Part shown: positions 51,801 through 64,000 of the stretch, one piece after another
Numbering within the stretch: position 1 is the stretch's first letter
Layout of the letters: each line of letters starts with the position of its first letter
NCBI RefSeq assembly: GCF_004010195.1
Contig: NC_057724.1
Coordinates: 40,448,165 to 40,512,164 of the forward strand
DNA length: 64,000 bases
Origin: Chiloscyllium plagiosum
Taxonomy: Eukaryota
Direction: 5' to 3'
Program-made: the position numbers and the translations under genes
Notes under the pieces: generated by a model
What the model was told of the DNA's origin: nothing
Seen by the model: the letters and a program-made list of their open reading frames with translations, nothing else
Database searches by the model: none

Positions 51801-53109
51801 AATAAATGTTTCAGCATCCCAAAACTTCTTTGAAAAGCTATGGAGAGGAGAAAAGTGAGTCAAGGCATGGAGCGTGTCAGGTAAATTGGTAAGAGAGTAG
51901 CGTAACATGCAGGTGAATTTAGTAGTGTTTCAGGAGAGTAAAGTGGCAGGCTAATGCAGGATAGGATAATTGTGTTTTATGTGGGTAGGAAGCCACATGA
52001 GTGGGTGATAGGATAGCTAGTGGATAAATTGGGTAGGTGAGTCAGAGGATAGACAAGTCAGGTGGATTGGAGAATTTGGGGGTTGGGAGGCCAGGCTGGG
52101 TTAGCGGAGTCAGGTGTCTGGGTGTCAGGGGTAAGACAGTGAGCTGGGGGAGAATTGGAGGAGTCGGATGGGTTAAGATTCATTTGGACGAGAAGTTGAA
52201 GGAGAATTGGGTTTTGAGGTGAGGTTAGTTCATGATGACTGGGAGTGAGTTCTGGGGATAGTTGGTGAACCGGGGAGGAGGTCAGTATGAGGTAGATGCT
52301 GAGGTCAGGTCAGTTCAGGAAGTCGGGGATGGTTAAGGGTTAGGAGTCAAGAGTTGGGTTGTTGAAAGTTTCCACCCTTTCAGTTTAAGTAACTGACAGA
52401 GCTGCACCAATCTTAGGGACTGATCTTACTCTTTTATCTTTTATATGTATCCTTTATTATTACCTACTTGTAATCTTGTTATTTTTGTAATAACTTTGTT
52501 GTTCTTTCACAAAAAATAACTTTCAGCAATGGTTGTTTTATACTAATCTTTTTATTCTGTTTAAAGCACAAATTATGCTACTTTTTTAATAATTGTAGCT
52601 GTCAAGAACTGAATGGGAGCCATGACAAAGCTGAACAAATTGTTGCTCATAGCTCCCTCTAAGGATAGGCTTGGAGTGTGCATGACTCATCACTTCCATA
52701 TACTATCTTCTATGGCAATGTGAAGTACTTTATGTAACAGAAGACATGGATCTTGCCCCATACTGAATCACACTTCAGTTATTATAATTGAAGGGTTTCT
52801 ACTTTCCTCTCACCTTGCCGAGATCTGGTGATCCTCAGAATAAACCACCACCAGTTGTCTCTCTCTAATGAGAGAACAGTTCTAAGGTCGAGTAAAACTA
52901 TGGTGACTTTACCTTTTTACTTTAACTCTATTACTTTAAAATTATTTTCCAGTTATAATCACTGCATGGAACACCCTCACTACTGTTACAAGAATTTTAA
53001 TTGATAGTTTTGCGCAGTCTAAGCCTTAAACTGATTGAGTCAGTTTTAGAGCCCTTGTCTTTAGTTTGATTTGGAGCGGGGGAGGAGCTGTGGGTGTATG
53101 TCAAGCAGG

Positions 53110-53540
53110 AAAATGTAGGCAAGCTAGTCTAGATAAAGTCTTTGGGAAAATATTAGAATCTATTATTGAAGTGGTAATTGCCGGATGTTGGAAATTATAA
53201 TACTACCAGGCTAGGTCAACAAGTTTATAAGAAAGGCGAGGTGATGCATTAACAAATTATTTTATAGTTCTTTGAGAATGCAACAAGTCAGATGGAAAAA
53301 GTAGGCATGGTCTAGTTTTGTTAAGATCTCGCAAAAAGAATTAGTATGAAAAAGTTTATGTACTTCTCCAGCGAGACATAGTGGCTTATGTTCAAGGCTG
53401 ATTTGTATAGTGGTTGATTGACATGAGAGTTAAGAGTTATGGGGGCGGTAGACAGGTTAAGATAAAAATTAGACCATATATGATCATATTGAATTCTGGA
53501 GCAAGATCAGGGGGCTAATTGCTCTACTCCTGGTCCTATT
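53110..53540 (+). mobile_element. Highly decayed, deleted CR1
   Basis: GKILESIIE-like segment, then CR1 3' UTR (gatcatattgaa..ggagcaaga..ctactcctggtccta). Confidence 0.6.
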
Positions 53541-56395
53541 CAGGGATGGGTATAGAAGACAATAGTGGTGGTATGGAAGTAGAATGAGAGAGAGATAGTC
53601 TTATCTGTATTAAAATGATGGGACCAGCAAGATGACATGAGATAGTAAGGACAAGGAGGTTGTTCTGAACATGGATTAGGGATTTTACATGCGAGTAGAG
53701 ATTTAGGAATGGTATGAGGACAGAGAAATCAGAGGAGAGAGACATGTTGAGTTGAGGTGGAGTTAGTGAGGGTGAGAAGTTACTTCTCATTCCACATTCT
53801 CAGGTCACACAACCAGACTCCCAAAGACCCTCACCATACCGGATCGAAAATTCTAATCTCTGGGCTATTTTCTCTTGGAGAGGGGTTTTGGAGAGGGGAA
53901 ATGTCCCGACCCTGTAAACTCAACCCAGGAGCAAATGTTCAACCTTGCGTTAACCATGCCCTTGGGTTGAATGGCCTGTTTCTGTACTGATGTATCTGTT
54001 CTTGCCTTGTCAGGCCTGTTTTGGTGCTGTAAATACTGCCTAAAGTTTGTAAAGCACACTTGAGCTCAATTTGTGAAAATAACAAAAATGAAATTTAATT
54101 TTGGATTGCTATATGCCCGGGTTGTTCTAATGTTTTTCTTTATCTTTCAATTTCAGTAACAAGTGGGTCTGAATTATCCTGTGTTTTTGAGCCAGTGCTG
54201 CCCACTGTATAAAAGCATCGAAACTCTGGACATTGTTACTCTGGGATTCTGAGGTGGAATTGGACCTGGCCAATGCATTCAGTACCAGCCTCAGGAGGAA
54301 GTTTAAATACTGATTACTGTCAACATACTCTGACATACTGAAACTGAAATTCATCCGATTTTGGTATATTTTGAAAATTCTTTAGATTTCTACTGAGGCA
54401 CAGGAGCTGCCATCCTAAATACCTGTGCCATTAAAGGTAACAATTATACAGAGAACAGTAGATTAAGAAGCCAGAGACATGTGTTTTGACAAGTAATTAA
54501 CAGATACTCAGGGCTAGGAATAAAGTAGTTGCGCTTAATGTCTACTTAGTTTTGAATGCTTTTGAAAAGATGGATTTGAAGGTGTAGGGCATAGGGTGGC
54601 TGGGTATTTTTAGGAATTGAACAACAAGTGGTTGTAAGCATGATATTCATAGATACACAGGATTTAGGTTAGTCAAATTGAACTGTACATCCATGAATTA
54701 CTTCAGTGGAAGGTCTGGCAATCAATAATTAACGGCATGTCACTGACCATGTTCTTCCTCCCCCAAAGCTTGACTCTACACTTCCTGGCTCTGTAACTCC
54801 AACTGTTCAAACTTAACACTGTAATCCTCAGTGAGAAATAAACCCTTTAGAGATGACATATTCATACCTGGATCATTGTTAGGCAGGTATTGTTTATACA
54901 TTCTTAGCCTTGTGCAGAAAGTACTGGTGAGGTCAGTAATGTACATTTATGGTATTTAGTTAACAGGTGCAGTTTATGTACTTTGGATTAACATTAACAG
55001 AGGGCAATGTTTTTCCATGCTTTATGATTATTTACACTCATAATTATGGCAATGAAAAATACTACAAACAGCATTTGAGCTGAATATCCTATCATGTGAG
55101 ATATATCTTAGGCCAAGCCCTAATTTTTCTTCTCAGTTTAAAGGTGAGCTATAACAATGCCACTGACTCAAACTTTAACACAATTCCTGTCATTGTGCTT
55201 ATGGTGAAGGTTGACATTATATCTCGATTTTGTTTTTTGGGCTGGGTGCACAGAGGATGCAGAATTTTTGGCTCCACAAACTTGAGCTTTAAAAGTGGCC
55301 ACTCACAATCTCCATTTTCTTTTGGGGTCATGGGTTGGATTGGAATTCATGCTGGGCAATCTAGAAGGAGCTGATGAAGTTGCCAGTTGCTGAGGTGGGC
55401 TGGGAAGAAAGTAAAATAAACCATGAGGCATTCTTTCAACTCTCAAAACCTCTTAGCTTCGTTCACCCCTCCTCAACTTTGCCCAAGTTGTCTGGCCAGT
55501 GCTAATCCAGTGTGTTCCTCCTAGATTGAAAATGTGGCAAGTGTGGGTGGCCATTTGTAAAGGTCAACTTCATGGAAACTGGGAAGTCCCCTACCTCTGC
55601 ACTCCTCGTCTGGGATCAGAATCAAGCTGACCTCCATATTAATTATGACTAACCCTGATCCTCACTTGAATGCCAGTCTACCTTTCACGTTCCTATTGAA
55701 CAGTTAAGAAATAGGATCCAAAGTGAGGCATCTTGTGGCATGCCTTGGTTGACTTTTCCTGCATGTTTAAAGTTTCAATTCATTTTTCACATAACATTGC
55801 TGAAAGTGTGGATTGACAGTGGCGTAGCAAAGCCAAGAAAGTATTTGGGACCTTGCCGAACCGTCGGACAATGTGTATGCCTTATGCAGTGAAATAGATT
55901 TTTAATAAACATTGAAGGAAGGACTGAGATTGAGAGTTAATTGGATGGGTGCATTCAAATTAAGTACTGCAAATAAAACAATGAAGAAAAGAAAGTTTGG
56001 ATTAAAAGGGAGTGAAAAAGAAATGGAAATTGAACTAGATGAAAACAATATAAATTTAAATTTTGTCAGTATTAAAATCATCAGTAATAATTCTCAACAC
56101 TTTTAATTTTTCACTTTCTGTAAAATGTTTTGTTTGATATACATTGCCAATGACCATATGTTTAAAATAAATATCTTTTACTAGATTTAACTTTTTATGT
56201 AAAGCTTAATAGGAAATTAATATACAAAAATGCAGCCTCATGAAAATTATGGGGAGTTTAAGAGCAAGTTGCTAGTTTTGTATAGCTAGTCGTAGAGCAA
56301 TACAAATTGTTCACTAACTTGGGGTAACGTATTATTCAAGTGGTATCTCCTCCTTGCCGCAAATTTCTAGTGCATTACATTAACATATTTCCAAT

Positions 56396-56737
56396 TTTTT
56401 ATTATTCATTCTGTGATAAGGACATCGCCAACTAGGCCAGCATTTATTGCTCACCCCTAATTGCCCAGAAGGCAGATAAGAGGAAAGCATATTGCTGTGG
56501 GTCTCGACTCACATGCATACAAGACCTGGTAAGGGTGACCGCTTCCTTCCCTAAAGGGTATTAGTGAACCGTATGGGTTTTTCCTGACATTCATGGTCAT
56601 CATTAGATTCTTAATCCAGATTTTTATTGAATTCAAATTCCACCGTCTGCTGTGATAGGTTTCGAATCGGGGTCCCCAGGGTATTACCTAGGTCTCAGGA
56701 TTGAGAGTCCAGTAATTATACCACTAGGTTATCAACT
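56396..56737 (-). mobile_element. Second tRNA-derived SINE family
   Basis: Reverse complement of 63061-63725; B-box-like gattcgaaacc on the minus strand. Confidence 0.85.
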
Positions 56738-56781
56738 ACCTTTATTACTTAATTTTTCAAGAATCTCTGGAACATTGTTTC

Positions 56782-57090
56782 ATAAGAACATAAGAACATA
56801 CGTACTAGGAGCATGAGAAGGCAATTTAGGACCTTGAGTGTACTCTGCTACTTATACTATCGTGGCCGATCTCATCAGGGCCTCCACTTTCCTGCTCCTT
56901 GCCCATAATCTACGAACCTATTAAACAATTCTAATTAAACATCTGTTTATCTTCTCCTTAAATTTATTCAGTGTCCTGGGATCCACCATATTCTGGGGTA
57001 GTAAATACCACAGATTCACAACACTTTGAGAAAAGTGATTCCTCCTCATCTCTGTTTTTAATTAACAACTCCTTAGCCTAAAACTAAAGC
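56782..57090 (-). mobile_element. CR1 3' end fragment
   Basis: (cataagaa)n tail; cacagattcac..gagaaaagtgattcctcctcatctctgt. Confidence 0.8.
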
Positions 57091-57624
57091 CAAATGTTGT
57101 AACATTAACTAGAAAGTGAACCATGGAAATAAAAGATAATTCACAATTTAAAAATGAGTTTGATATTTTATGTTGCTTGTAATTGACATAAAAACCAGAA
57201 ATGTTGGTGTTGGATCTCAGGTGAGCAGAGCATCAACTCCAAGTATTGGGTTGACATTTGACGAGGAATACATGCCCATGGTGGGGCATGAACAATTAAA
57301 AGCTGGATGAGATCCTTCAGGCTTCATTGCAGCCAACATGGGAAGAGATAACTTGAAGTCAAAGACCATAGGAAATGCAATTTTCTATTGCAAGTGGCTA
57401 AAGAATGTCATGCATAAAGCCTCAATTGGAACTTTGTATGAGAATACGGTAAAGCAGACTGATGGAGAAACATGCTTGAGAAGTGTTTGAGACTAAATTG
57501 AATCTGGTAGTCGTTCATTACAGCATAATGCACAAGATATGTTTGTTTTTCATTTAACCGCAGGCAAACCATAAAACAGCTGCTGATTAATCTGAATATA
57601 ATTAATTTGAAATGATTAATAAAA

Positions 57625-58520
57625 CTAGAGTCATGGAATTTTCACAGCACAGAAAGAGGCCCTTCAGCCTATTGTGTCTCATCAAACCTCCATCTATTCT
57701 ATTCCCAGCACTTGGCCCATAGCCTTGTATGTAAGGTATTTCAAGTGTTCATCTAAAAATCTATTTAATATTTTGAAAATTCCCACTATACCACCCTTTT
57801 AAGGCAGTGAATTCCAGATACCTAAGTCACTCTGGGTAAAAATATTTTTCCTAAATCCCCTCTAAACATCTGCTCCTCATCTTAAAACTGGCTATTCACC
57901 CCTCTGCTAAAAAAAGAAAGATTTCTCCCTAACTACCATGTTTCTGCCTCTCAGAACTTTGTACACCTCAGTCAGGCCCCCTCATCCTTCTCCTCCCTTA
58001 GGACAATAACCTCAGCCTATCTTCTCTCTCTCCATAGCTGAATCACTGCAGCCAAGGCATCTTCCAGTGAATTCTTCTGCATCCTCTTTCATGCAATCAC
58101 ATCCTTCCTATAGTGTTGTGACCAGAACTGCAGATAATACTCAAGTTGCTGCCTAATTACACAGTTTCATTATAACCTCCTTGGTCTTGATTTCATTGTA
58201 TTGACTAATAAAGGCAAGTATCCCATATGTCTTCTTAACTACCTTACTTACTGAACAGCCCTATCGTCCTCCTTTTGCTCTCTGTACTTCCTAGGGTAAT
58301 ACCATTCAATATGTACTCTCTTGACTTGTTAGTCCTCCCAAAAAGGTACGATCACACACTTTTCAGGATTAAATGTCATTTGCCAGTGTGCAGCCCATCT
58401 CACCATCTCGTCCATATCATCCACTAGTCTTAAGGCTTTCCACTATGCTATTTACCACACCATCAATTTTTGTGTCATCTGCAAACATACTGATCATAAC
58501 TCTACATTCATCCTACTAAA
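57625..58520 (-). mobile_element. Decayed CR1 3' part
   Basis: Minus strand ISMFADDTKI and LEYYLQFWSQ; CR1-type tail. Confidence 0.85.
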
Positions 58521-58764
58521 ATAGTACATGGTCTGGAATGGCCACTTTATCTGTGATAGTTTACAGAATCCATCCTGCCAAAAGACAAAAGCTACAAAAG
58601 GCATTCATACAACATATCTCCCAATGATGCTTCATGGTCTTATCTTTATTTATGTCACCTTGTTCTGCAAGAGAGAATTTTGTAGCACTATTGGATGTGC
58701 CTGGAATAGTTGAATAGCTGGATGTGTTTGGAGATAGTGAGTGAACATGAGGCCGTTAGCATTA

Positions 58765-59089
58765 CGGCGGCACGGTGGCGCAGTGGTTAGCACTGCTGCC
58801 TCACAGCGCCAGAGACCCGGGTTCAATTCCCGACTCAGGCAACTGACTGTGTGGAGTTTGCACATTCTCCCCGTGTCTGCGTGGGTTTCCTCTGGGTGCT
58901 CCGGTATCCTCCCACAGTCACAAAGATGTGCGGGTCAGGTGAATTGGCCATGCTAAATTGCCCGTAGTGTTAGGTTAAAGGGGTAAATGTAGGGGTATGG
59001 ATAGGTTGCGCTTCGGCGGGTCGGTGTGGACTTGTTGGGCCGAAGGGCCTGTTTCCACACTGTAAGTAATCTAATCTAATCTAATCTAA
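58765..59089 (+). mobile_element. HE1-type V-SINE, young
   Basis: Full length, CpG-rich, (taatc)n tail. Confidence 0.93.
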
Positions 59090-59322
59090 TTAGTAGATGT
59101 CAGGGTGAGATATCTGATTGCAAGATTCAAAGCCTGTCACATTCTGAAATGTGTCTGATGTGATAGGACCAATGATCAAACACTTTGGGAATTTTCTGGC
59201 CTAACAACATTTTTTAAACAATTTCTTTTAGGCATTTCTAACAGAATTTGAGGATTTTGGGTTGACTTCCAATTTCAGGATCATAAGTAATCAAAATGAA
59301 AGATACCGTCAAAATGCATATA

Positions 59323-59496
59323 CTGAGGAACCTCGATTATCTGAAGGACATGAGCGGGGAGTATTTTGTTCAGTTAATTGAATTCCGGACAATTGAATGC
59401 CAGATTACATAGTTTAGCCAAGCATCGGGACCTTACGATCTTGCCAGATGATCCAATATTCAAATGATTGAATGCCAGATAATCGAGATTCCTCTG
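59323..59496. mobile_element. Tigger/pogo-like MITE
   Basis: 21-bp TIRs ctgaggaacctcgattatctg / cagataatcgagattcctctg (2 mismatches), flanked by TA at 59321-59322 and 59497-59498. Confidence 0.8.
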
Positions 59497-59625
59497 TATT
59501 AGAAAAATGGAGGACAAACTTTCCTTCCAACTAGAGTGTAGGTTCAGAGTGCTGTAGTAACCTAAATTTCCATAAAGCTGCTAGGAGGGGGATGGATACT
59601 AACATACTTCGTGAGACATCCCTGA

Positions 59626-59649
59626 ACTTTTTTGTTGTTCTTTTCCCAG
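59626..59649 (+). promoter_or_regulatory. Splice acceptor preceding the receptor coding exon
   Basis: Polypyrimidine tract ctttttttgttgttcttttcccAG|G with branch-like ctgaac just upstream. Confidence 0.75.
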
Positions 59650-59675
59650 GTGTGGCTCTGACCTTGGAGTATCAC

Positions 59676-60812
59676 ATGGCAGCAAGAATAATATTGAGCT
59701 GTTGTCTGGCCCCTACTCTACCAAAGCCTTCAATCTCAGGATATAGTGAGTCTGCTCATCTGGAAATGAGTTTTGATAATGGCAGCGATTTGGGTAGCAA
59801 TGATAGCAGTTGCCACTTCAATGAGGAATTCAAATACATCTTATTGCCAGTGTCCTATGGAATAGTATTTGTGGTTGGCCTTGTTCTCAATGCCATTGCG
59901 CTGTGGATTTTCTCATGTAAACTGAGACCATGGAATGCCAGTATAACCTATATGTTTAACTTGGCTCTTTCAGACCTTCTATATGTACTATCTCTGCCAC
60001 TTCTTACATATTACTATGCAAATCGGAATGATTGGCCATTTGGTGTGATTCTGTGTAAATTAACCCGCTTCCTTTTCTATGCCAACCTGTACTCCAGCAT
60101 TCTTTTTCTTACGTGCATCAGTGTGCACAGATTCATAGGCATATATTACCCTTTCCAATCACTCAAATGGATTAAAGTGAAGCGGGCCTGGGTCGTATGC
60201 CTGCTGGTCTGGGCAGCTGTCATCATCTGCCTCATTCCCAATTTGCTTTTTGTCACAACAAGCAAACGGGCTGGTGACATACTCTGTCATGACACAACGC
60301 GTAGGGAAGATTTTCCTCAGTATGTTTCATACAGTTCTGCTATCATGGTGATTCTTTTTATCATACCATTTTTCATCATTGTCATCTGTTACAGTTTAAT
60401 GACCAGAGAGTTGATCAAAGCCCCCATGTCTAAATCCAATAAAACTTCATACAACGTCAAAAAGAAATCCATTAAAATGATCATCATTGTTTTGTTTGTC
60501 TTTTCCTTGTGTTTTGTACCTTTCCATATCACAAGGACAATATATTATACTTTCAGGGTACTTGAGAAGAGCTGTTATGCACTTAACATTGTGAACTTCA
60601 CATATAAGATCACAAGACCACTGGCCAGTGCCAACAGCTGCATTGACCCTATTTTGTACTATCTGGCTGGAGACATTTATCGAAAAAAGGTTGTGCATGC
60701 TGTGATTAGGAGAAAAGGTTGTGTTCGCCAAACTGTATCAAAAATGGATCGCAAAACAAATGAAAAATCAATGATAAACACTGGTACCGTCTATTCCATT
60801 ATGCAGAGGTGA
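59676..60812 (+). CDS. P2RY4: P2Y purinoceptor 4-like class A GPCR (378 aa from the first exonic ATG)
   Basis: Intact 7TM ORF with P2Y2/4 motifs: CHFNEEFKYILLPVSY, LRPWNA, NLALSDLLYVLSLP, ISVHRF, PNLLFVTT, LCHDTTR, PFHITRT, YKITRPLASANSCIDPILY. PNLLFVTTS and CHDTTR..F..YV.YSS favour P2Y4 over P2Y2. Confidence 0.92.
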   Translation: MAARIILSCCLAPTLPKPSISGYSESAHLEMSFDNGSDLGSNDSSCHFNEEFKYILLPVSYGIVFVVGLVLNAIALWIFSCKLRPWNASITYMFNLALSDLLYVLSLPLLTYYYANRNDWPFGVILCKLTRFLFYANLYSSILFLTCISVHRFIGIYYPFQSLKWIKVKRAWVVCLLVWAAVIICLIPNLLFVTTSKRAGDILCHDTTRREDFPQYVSYSSAIMVILFIIPFFIIVICYSLMTRELIKAPMSKSNKTSYNVKKKSIKMIIIVLFVFSLCFVPFHITRTIYYTFRVLEKSCYALNIVNFTYKITRPLASANSCIDPILYYLAGDIYRKKVVHAVIRRKGCVRQTVSKMDRKTNEKSMINTGTVYSIMQR

Positions 60813-61084
60813 GACTGATGCAATCAAGAAAATCTCTTAACTTTTAGGTCAACAACCGTCAGAAAGGCCCAAAATGGTTGGTTGCTCATTAAATAGAAGC
60901 TTTCACACTAATGCTGACTAATGGACCTGGATACCAGTGACATTCAGATTAAACTTGTTGTGACCCAAACCAAACATTGTCTTTGATGACTTCAATTGAC
61001 AATCATAAGAAGACAATAACTTGTTTGGCTGAGAAATGTAAATGAACGTAAAATGATCTCTATTTCAAATGCCCACTATAGCAC

Positions 61085-61375
61085 CCTCCAAACCCACAAC
61101 CTCTTGAAGGTCAAGAGCAACAGATGTATTGGAGCACTACCAACTGCAAATTCCCCTCCAAGTCAAGCACCATCCTGACTTGTAAAACTATATTACCATT
61201 CCTTCACTGAGCCTGGATTACAATCCTGAAACTTCCTAATAGCAGAATAGACTTACCTACTCCACATGGATTACAGCATTCAAAAGTGTGGCTCAGTGCT
61301 ACCATCTTGAGAGGAATTACATCAGACAATAAAAATTCTGGCCTTGCCACTCATACCCCATCAAGGAATAATCTA
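61085..61375 (+). mobile_element. Decayed LINE 3' end in the presumptive 3' UTR
   Basis: ctgcaaattcccctccaagtca..ccatcctgactt.., ending caataaaaattctggccttgcca, a tail shared with the second SINE family. Confidence 0.6.
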
Positions 61376-63060
61376 AAAGAAAAACAATTTCTTACACGTC
61401 TCAAAGCGTTTCTCAATTGTTGTTAAGACCAAAATGAGTGATGTTTGGACTAGGAGTATCATTTATGGAAAACTGAAAAAAAAAATGCAGACTATATTTT
61501 CCAGGAATTGTGTCATCTCAAGATTTAAATTTTATAGTGGATACATTTATTTCAAAACATTTGGCAAATGTTTCCATTTTGGTTCATGAACCTGACACTG
61601 GGATCAAATGTATGTCTTTACCATGTGCCATGTTGAGAATAGCAATCCAATAAATCAGGTTTTCAGGATTGAGCAATTATTAGCCAGAGGGTGTGCTTAC
61701 CATCCAATTGAGGATGGTGGATGAGCTTTGAAAACTGGAGGACCAATAGGATACTTACAGGAAAAGACAGGTGAGGTAATCTTTTGTGTTTTCTCTGCAC
61801 TTTGAAAGGCTTTGAAATAAACAATGCTCAGATTTGTTGGACTTCCATCTTGGCAGCTGTGGGCACTGTGATGGGCAGGTAGATGGATTGGGCTGGGGTA
61901 CTCAGGTGATCCTACAGCATTACCCTCTTCCCCAGTTTACTATCAAGAAGCACCTCCAAGCTTATGCAATATTCTTCTAGTTGGCATTCTCCTCAATGGC
62001 ATTAGTTGGTATTTTAACTGTTCTGCACTCAATATGGCCTTAAAAAAAATGTTTGAGTGGATGGTGCTAGTACACTGGCATGTTGGCCAGTGGTGTAGAA
62101 TTATGCATCCACCTGCCTCAGTTCCTGCTGCACAGGGCGAGAATAGTCCTGCCTATTAAGTCTTTTACTGCTTCTCTGATAAGAATTACATGTGTTTTAG
62201 AATTTTTTTTCTGATACTCTCTATTTTCTTACTCAATATGCTGCTATTATATTTCATACTAAGTTTGTTTCAATGCAGGTTTTTGGACTGATTTCAAAAC
62301 AGACTTACATTCATCCCCTGAGTTCAAAATACAGTGATATTATTTAGATTATTTTTCAGTTTCTTTTTATACTCGTGTATAGCTTGGTCTGTTTTCTTTG
62401 TTTTCCTTTGGTGGCAATGAATTTCATTTTGGAATAGATTGAATTTGCTTTTTTTTTTCAAATATATTTGTTAATGTTGCAATAAAGAGCAAAAATATAC
62501 TGAAACAGTTCAACTTTTACTGTCCATGTTGCCTCTGAAAATATTAAACCAGCCTCCTGAAGAAAACTGATGACCAGCAATGCAATAGTATCATTTAGTT
62601 GAAGCCGTTTCTCTCTTCTGAGTTTCTGATGTAGGGATGGGACTATAAACCATCTAAACCTAAATAGGTCAGGTGGCGACCTAAGTGAAAAATCATCATG
62701 AAATTGGTGGTGAAAACTGGGAGTTTCAGTATGCATTACTTCCCACAGCTGTGTGCCTGCACGATGTGAGCTTTTGAAGTAGATTTATATTTTAAACTGG
62801 TATAAAATCGAAGGATCACAAATTATCTATGAAATGCATATTTCTTTTGCTAGATGTTAATCCTGTCTATTTTTCAACTTTGAACACTTTTGAACTAAAA
62901 CCAGAAATTAATAACCAATACTTACTGTAGCAAGCCTGTTTATATAGAGTCAAGAGTGACTGTAAATATTTTAAAGACTATTCTTGAAAGAATGGATCAT
63001 ATTTCAAGCCATTCAACTCATTCTAAATGAATGCATTGATCTTATGAAATTCAGCTATCA

Positions 63061-63725
63061 GGAGGTGATGACCTAATAGTATTATTACTAGACTAAGATT
63101 CTAGAAAATCCAGAAAATATCATGGCAACCTGGGTTTGAATCTCACCATGGGAGATGGTGGAATTTGAATTCAAGACAAAAAGAAAATCTGGAATTAATA
63201 CATAATGGGCGGCACGGTGGCACAGTGGTTAGCACTGCTGCCTCACAGCGCCACCCGGGTTCAATTCCCGCCTCAGGCGACTGTGGAGTTTGCATGTTCT
63301 CCCTGTGTCTGCGTGGGTTTCCTCCAGGTGCTCTGGTTTCCTCCCACAGTCCAAAGATATGCAGGTCAGGTGAATTGGCCATGCTAAATTGCCCGTAGTG
63401 TTAGGTAAGGGGTAAATGTAGGGGTATTGGGTGGGTTGCACTTCGGTGGGTCGGTGTGGACTTGTTGGGCCGAAGGGCCTGTTTCCACACTGTAATGTAA
63501 TCTAATCTAATCTAATTACTGGACTATGAAACCATTGTTGCAAAAGTACAACTGGTTTACTAATGCCCTTTATGGAATGAAACTGCCATCCTTACCTGGT
63601 CTGCCTACATGTGACTCCAGATCTACAGTGATATAATTGATACTGAACTGCCCTCTGAAGTGGCCAATGATGTGCAACTAATACTGTCCTAGCCAGTGAA
63701 GCCCAATTTCTATTGGTTTAAAGTG
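63061..63725 (+). mobile_element. Second tRNA-SINE family copy interrupted by HE1
   Basis: Head ggaggtgatgacctaatagt..gggtttgaatctc; body resumes at ~63517. Confidence 0.85.
63207..63516 (+). mobile_element. HE1-type V-SINE nested in another SINE
   Basis: Full head, V-domain and (taatc)n tail; host breaks at taat. Confidence 0.93.
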
Positions 63726-64000
63726 AATTTCAAAGTTTCTTCGCAAGACAATAATGGAAGTGTTTCATATTATGGAAAAGAATAAAAAAAAGTAATTGAC
63801 TGAACATAATCAGGTTTAAGGTCTGTTAAAAAATATTGAACTTAAATTTTCAATTGTTTGTGAAACGATAAATACAAAACTCATAAAATATCAGAATTTT
63901 GTCATCCTCAGTAACGTTTTAAAATGTATTGTATACTTGGGATTACTAAAAAATACAATAAAGTGAAAATATTTTGAAAGCCTTTGAACACCCTCAAGAA

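Noticed and set aside
51840-52365. G-rich strand-biased tract as a functional G-quadruplex or ORF
   Set aside because: Low-complexity and irregular; no support beyond composition.
60447-60731. Antisense ORF over the receptor
   Set aside because: Shadow frame with no recognisable motif.
62458-62736. Minus-strand ORF or terminal exon of a neighbouring gene
   Set aside because: Acceptor-like site present but no recognisable protein in any frame.

Overview
Eukaryotic, repeat-dominated DNA, most likely a shark: HE1-type V-SINEs, many CR1/HER1 LINEs and Penelope-like elements (PLEs). The only supported host gene is a P2Y4-like nucleotide receptor whose CDS lies in one exon (ORF 59592-60812; probable CDS 59676-60812, after a splice acceptor). 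The rest is mostly nested mobile DNA: CR1s, an L1/Tx1, two Gmr1-type Gypsy elements (SCAN-like gag, integrase before RT), other SINEs and a Tigger-like MITE. Two structures stand out. (1) Five ~180-215 bp palindromic PLE-derived inserts, each with a 14-18 bp target-site duplication (TSD) and a one-sided ~26-40 nt tail. In each, the hairpin apex falls on a minimal hammerhead ribozyme motif (CTGANGA-stem II-GAAAC-GTC type), and two copies keep an intact core. (2) A Gypsy element whose 5' LTR was split and flipped in two adjacent inversions, supported by a matching 4-bp TSD, within a cluster of short templated insertions and tandem duplications at 20-29 kb. Family names come from motif recognition by eye, no searches were run, and boundaries of decayed repeats are approximate.
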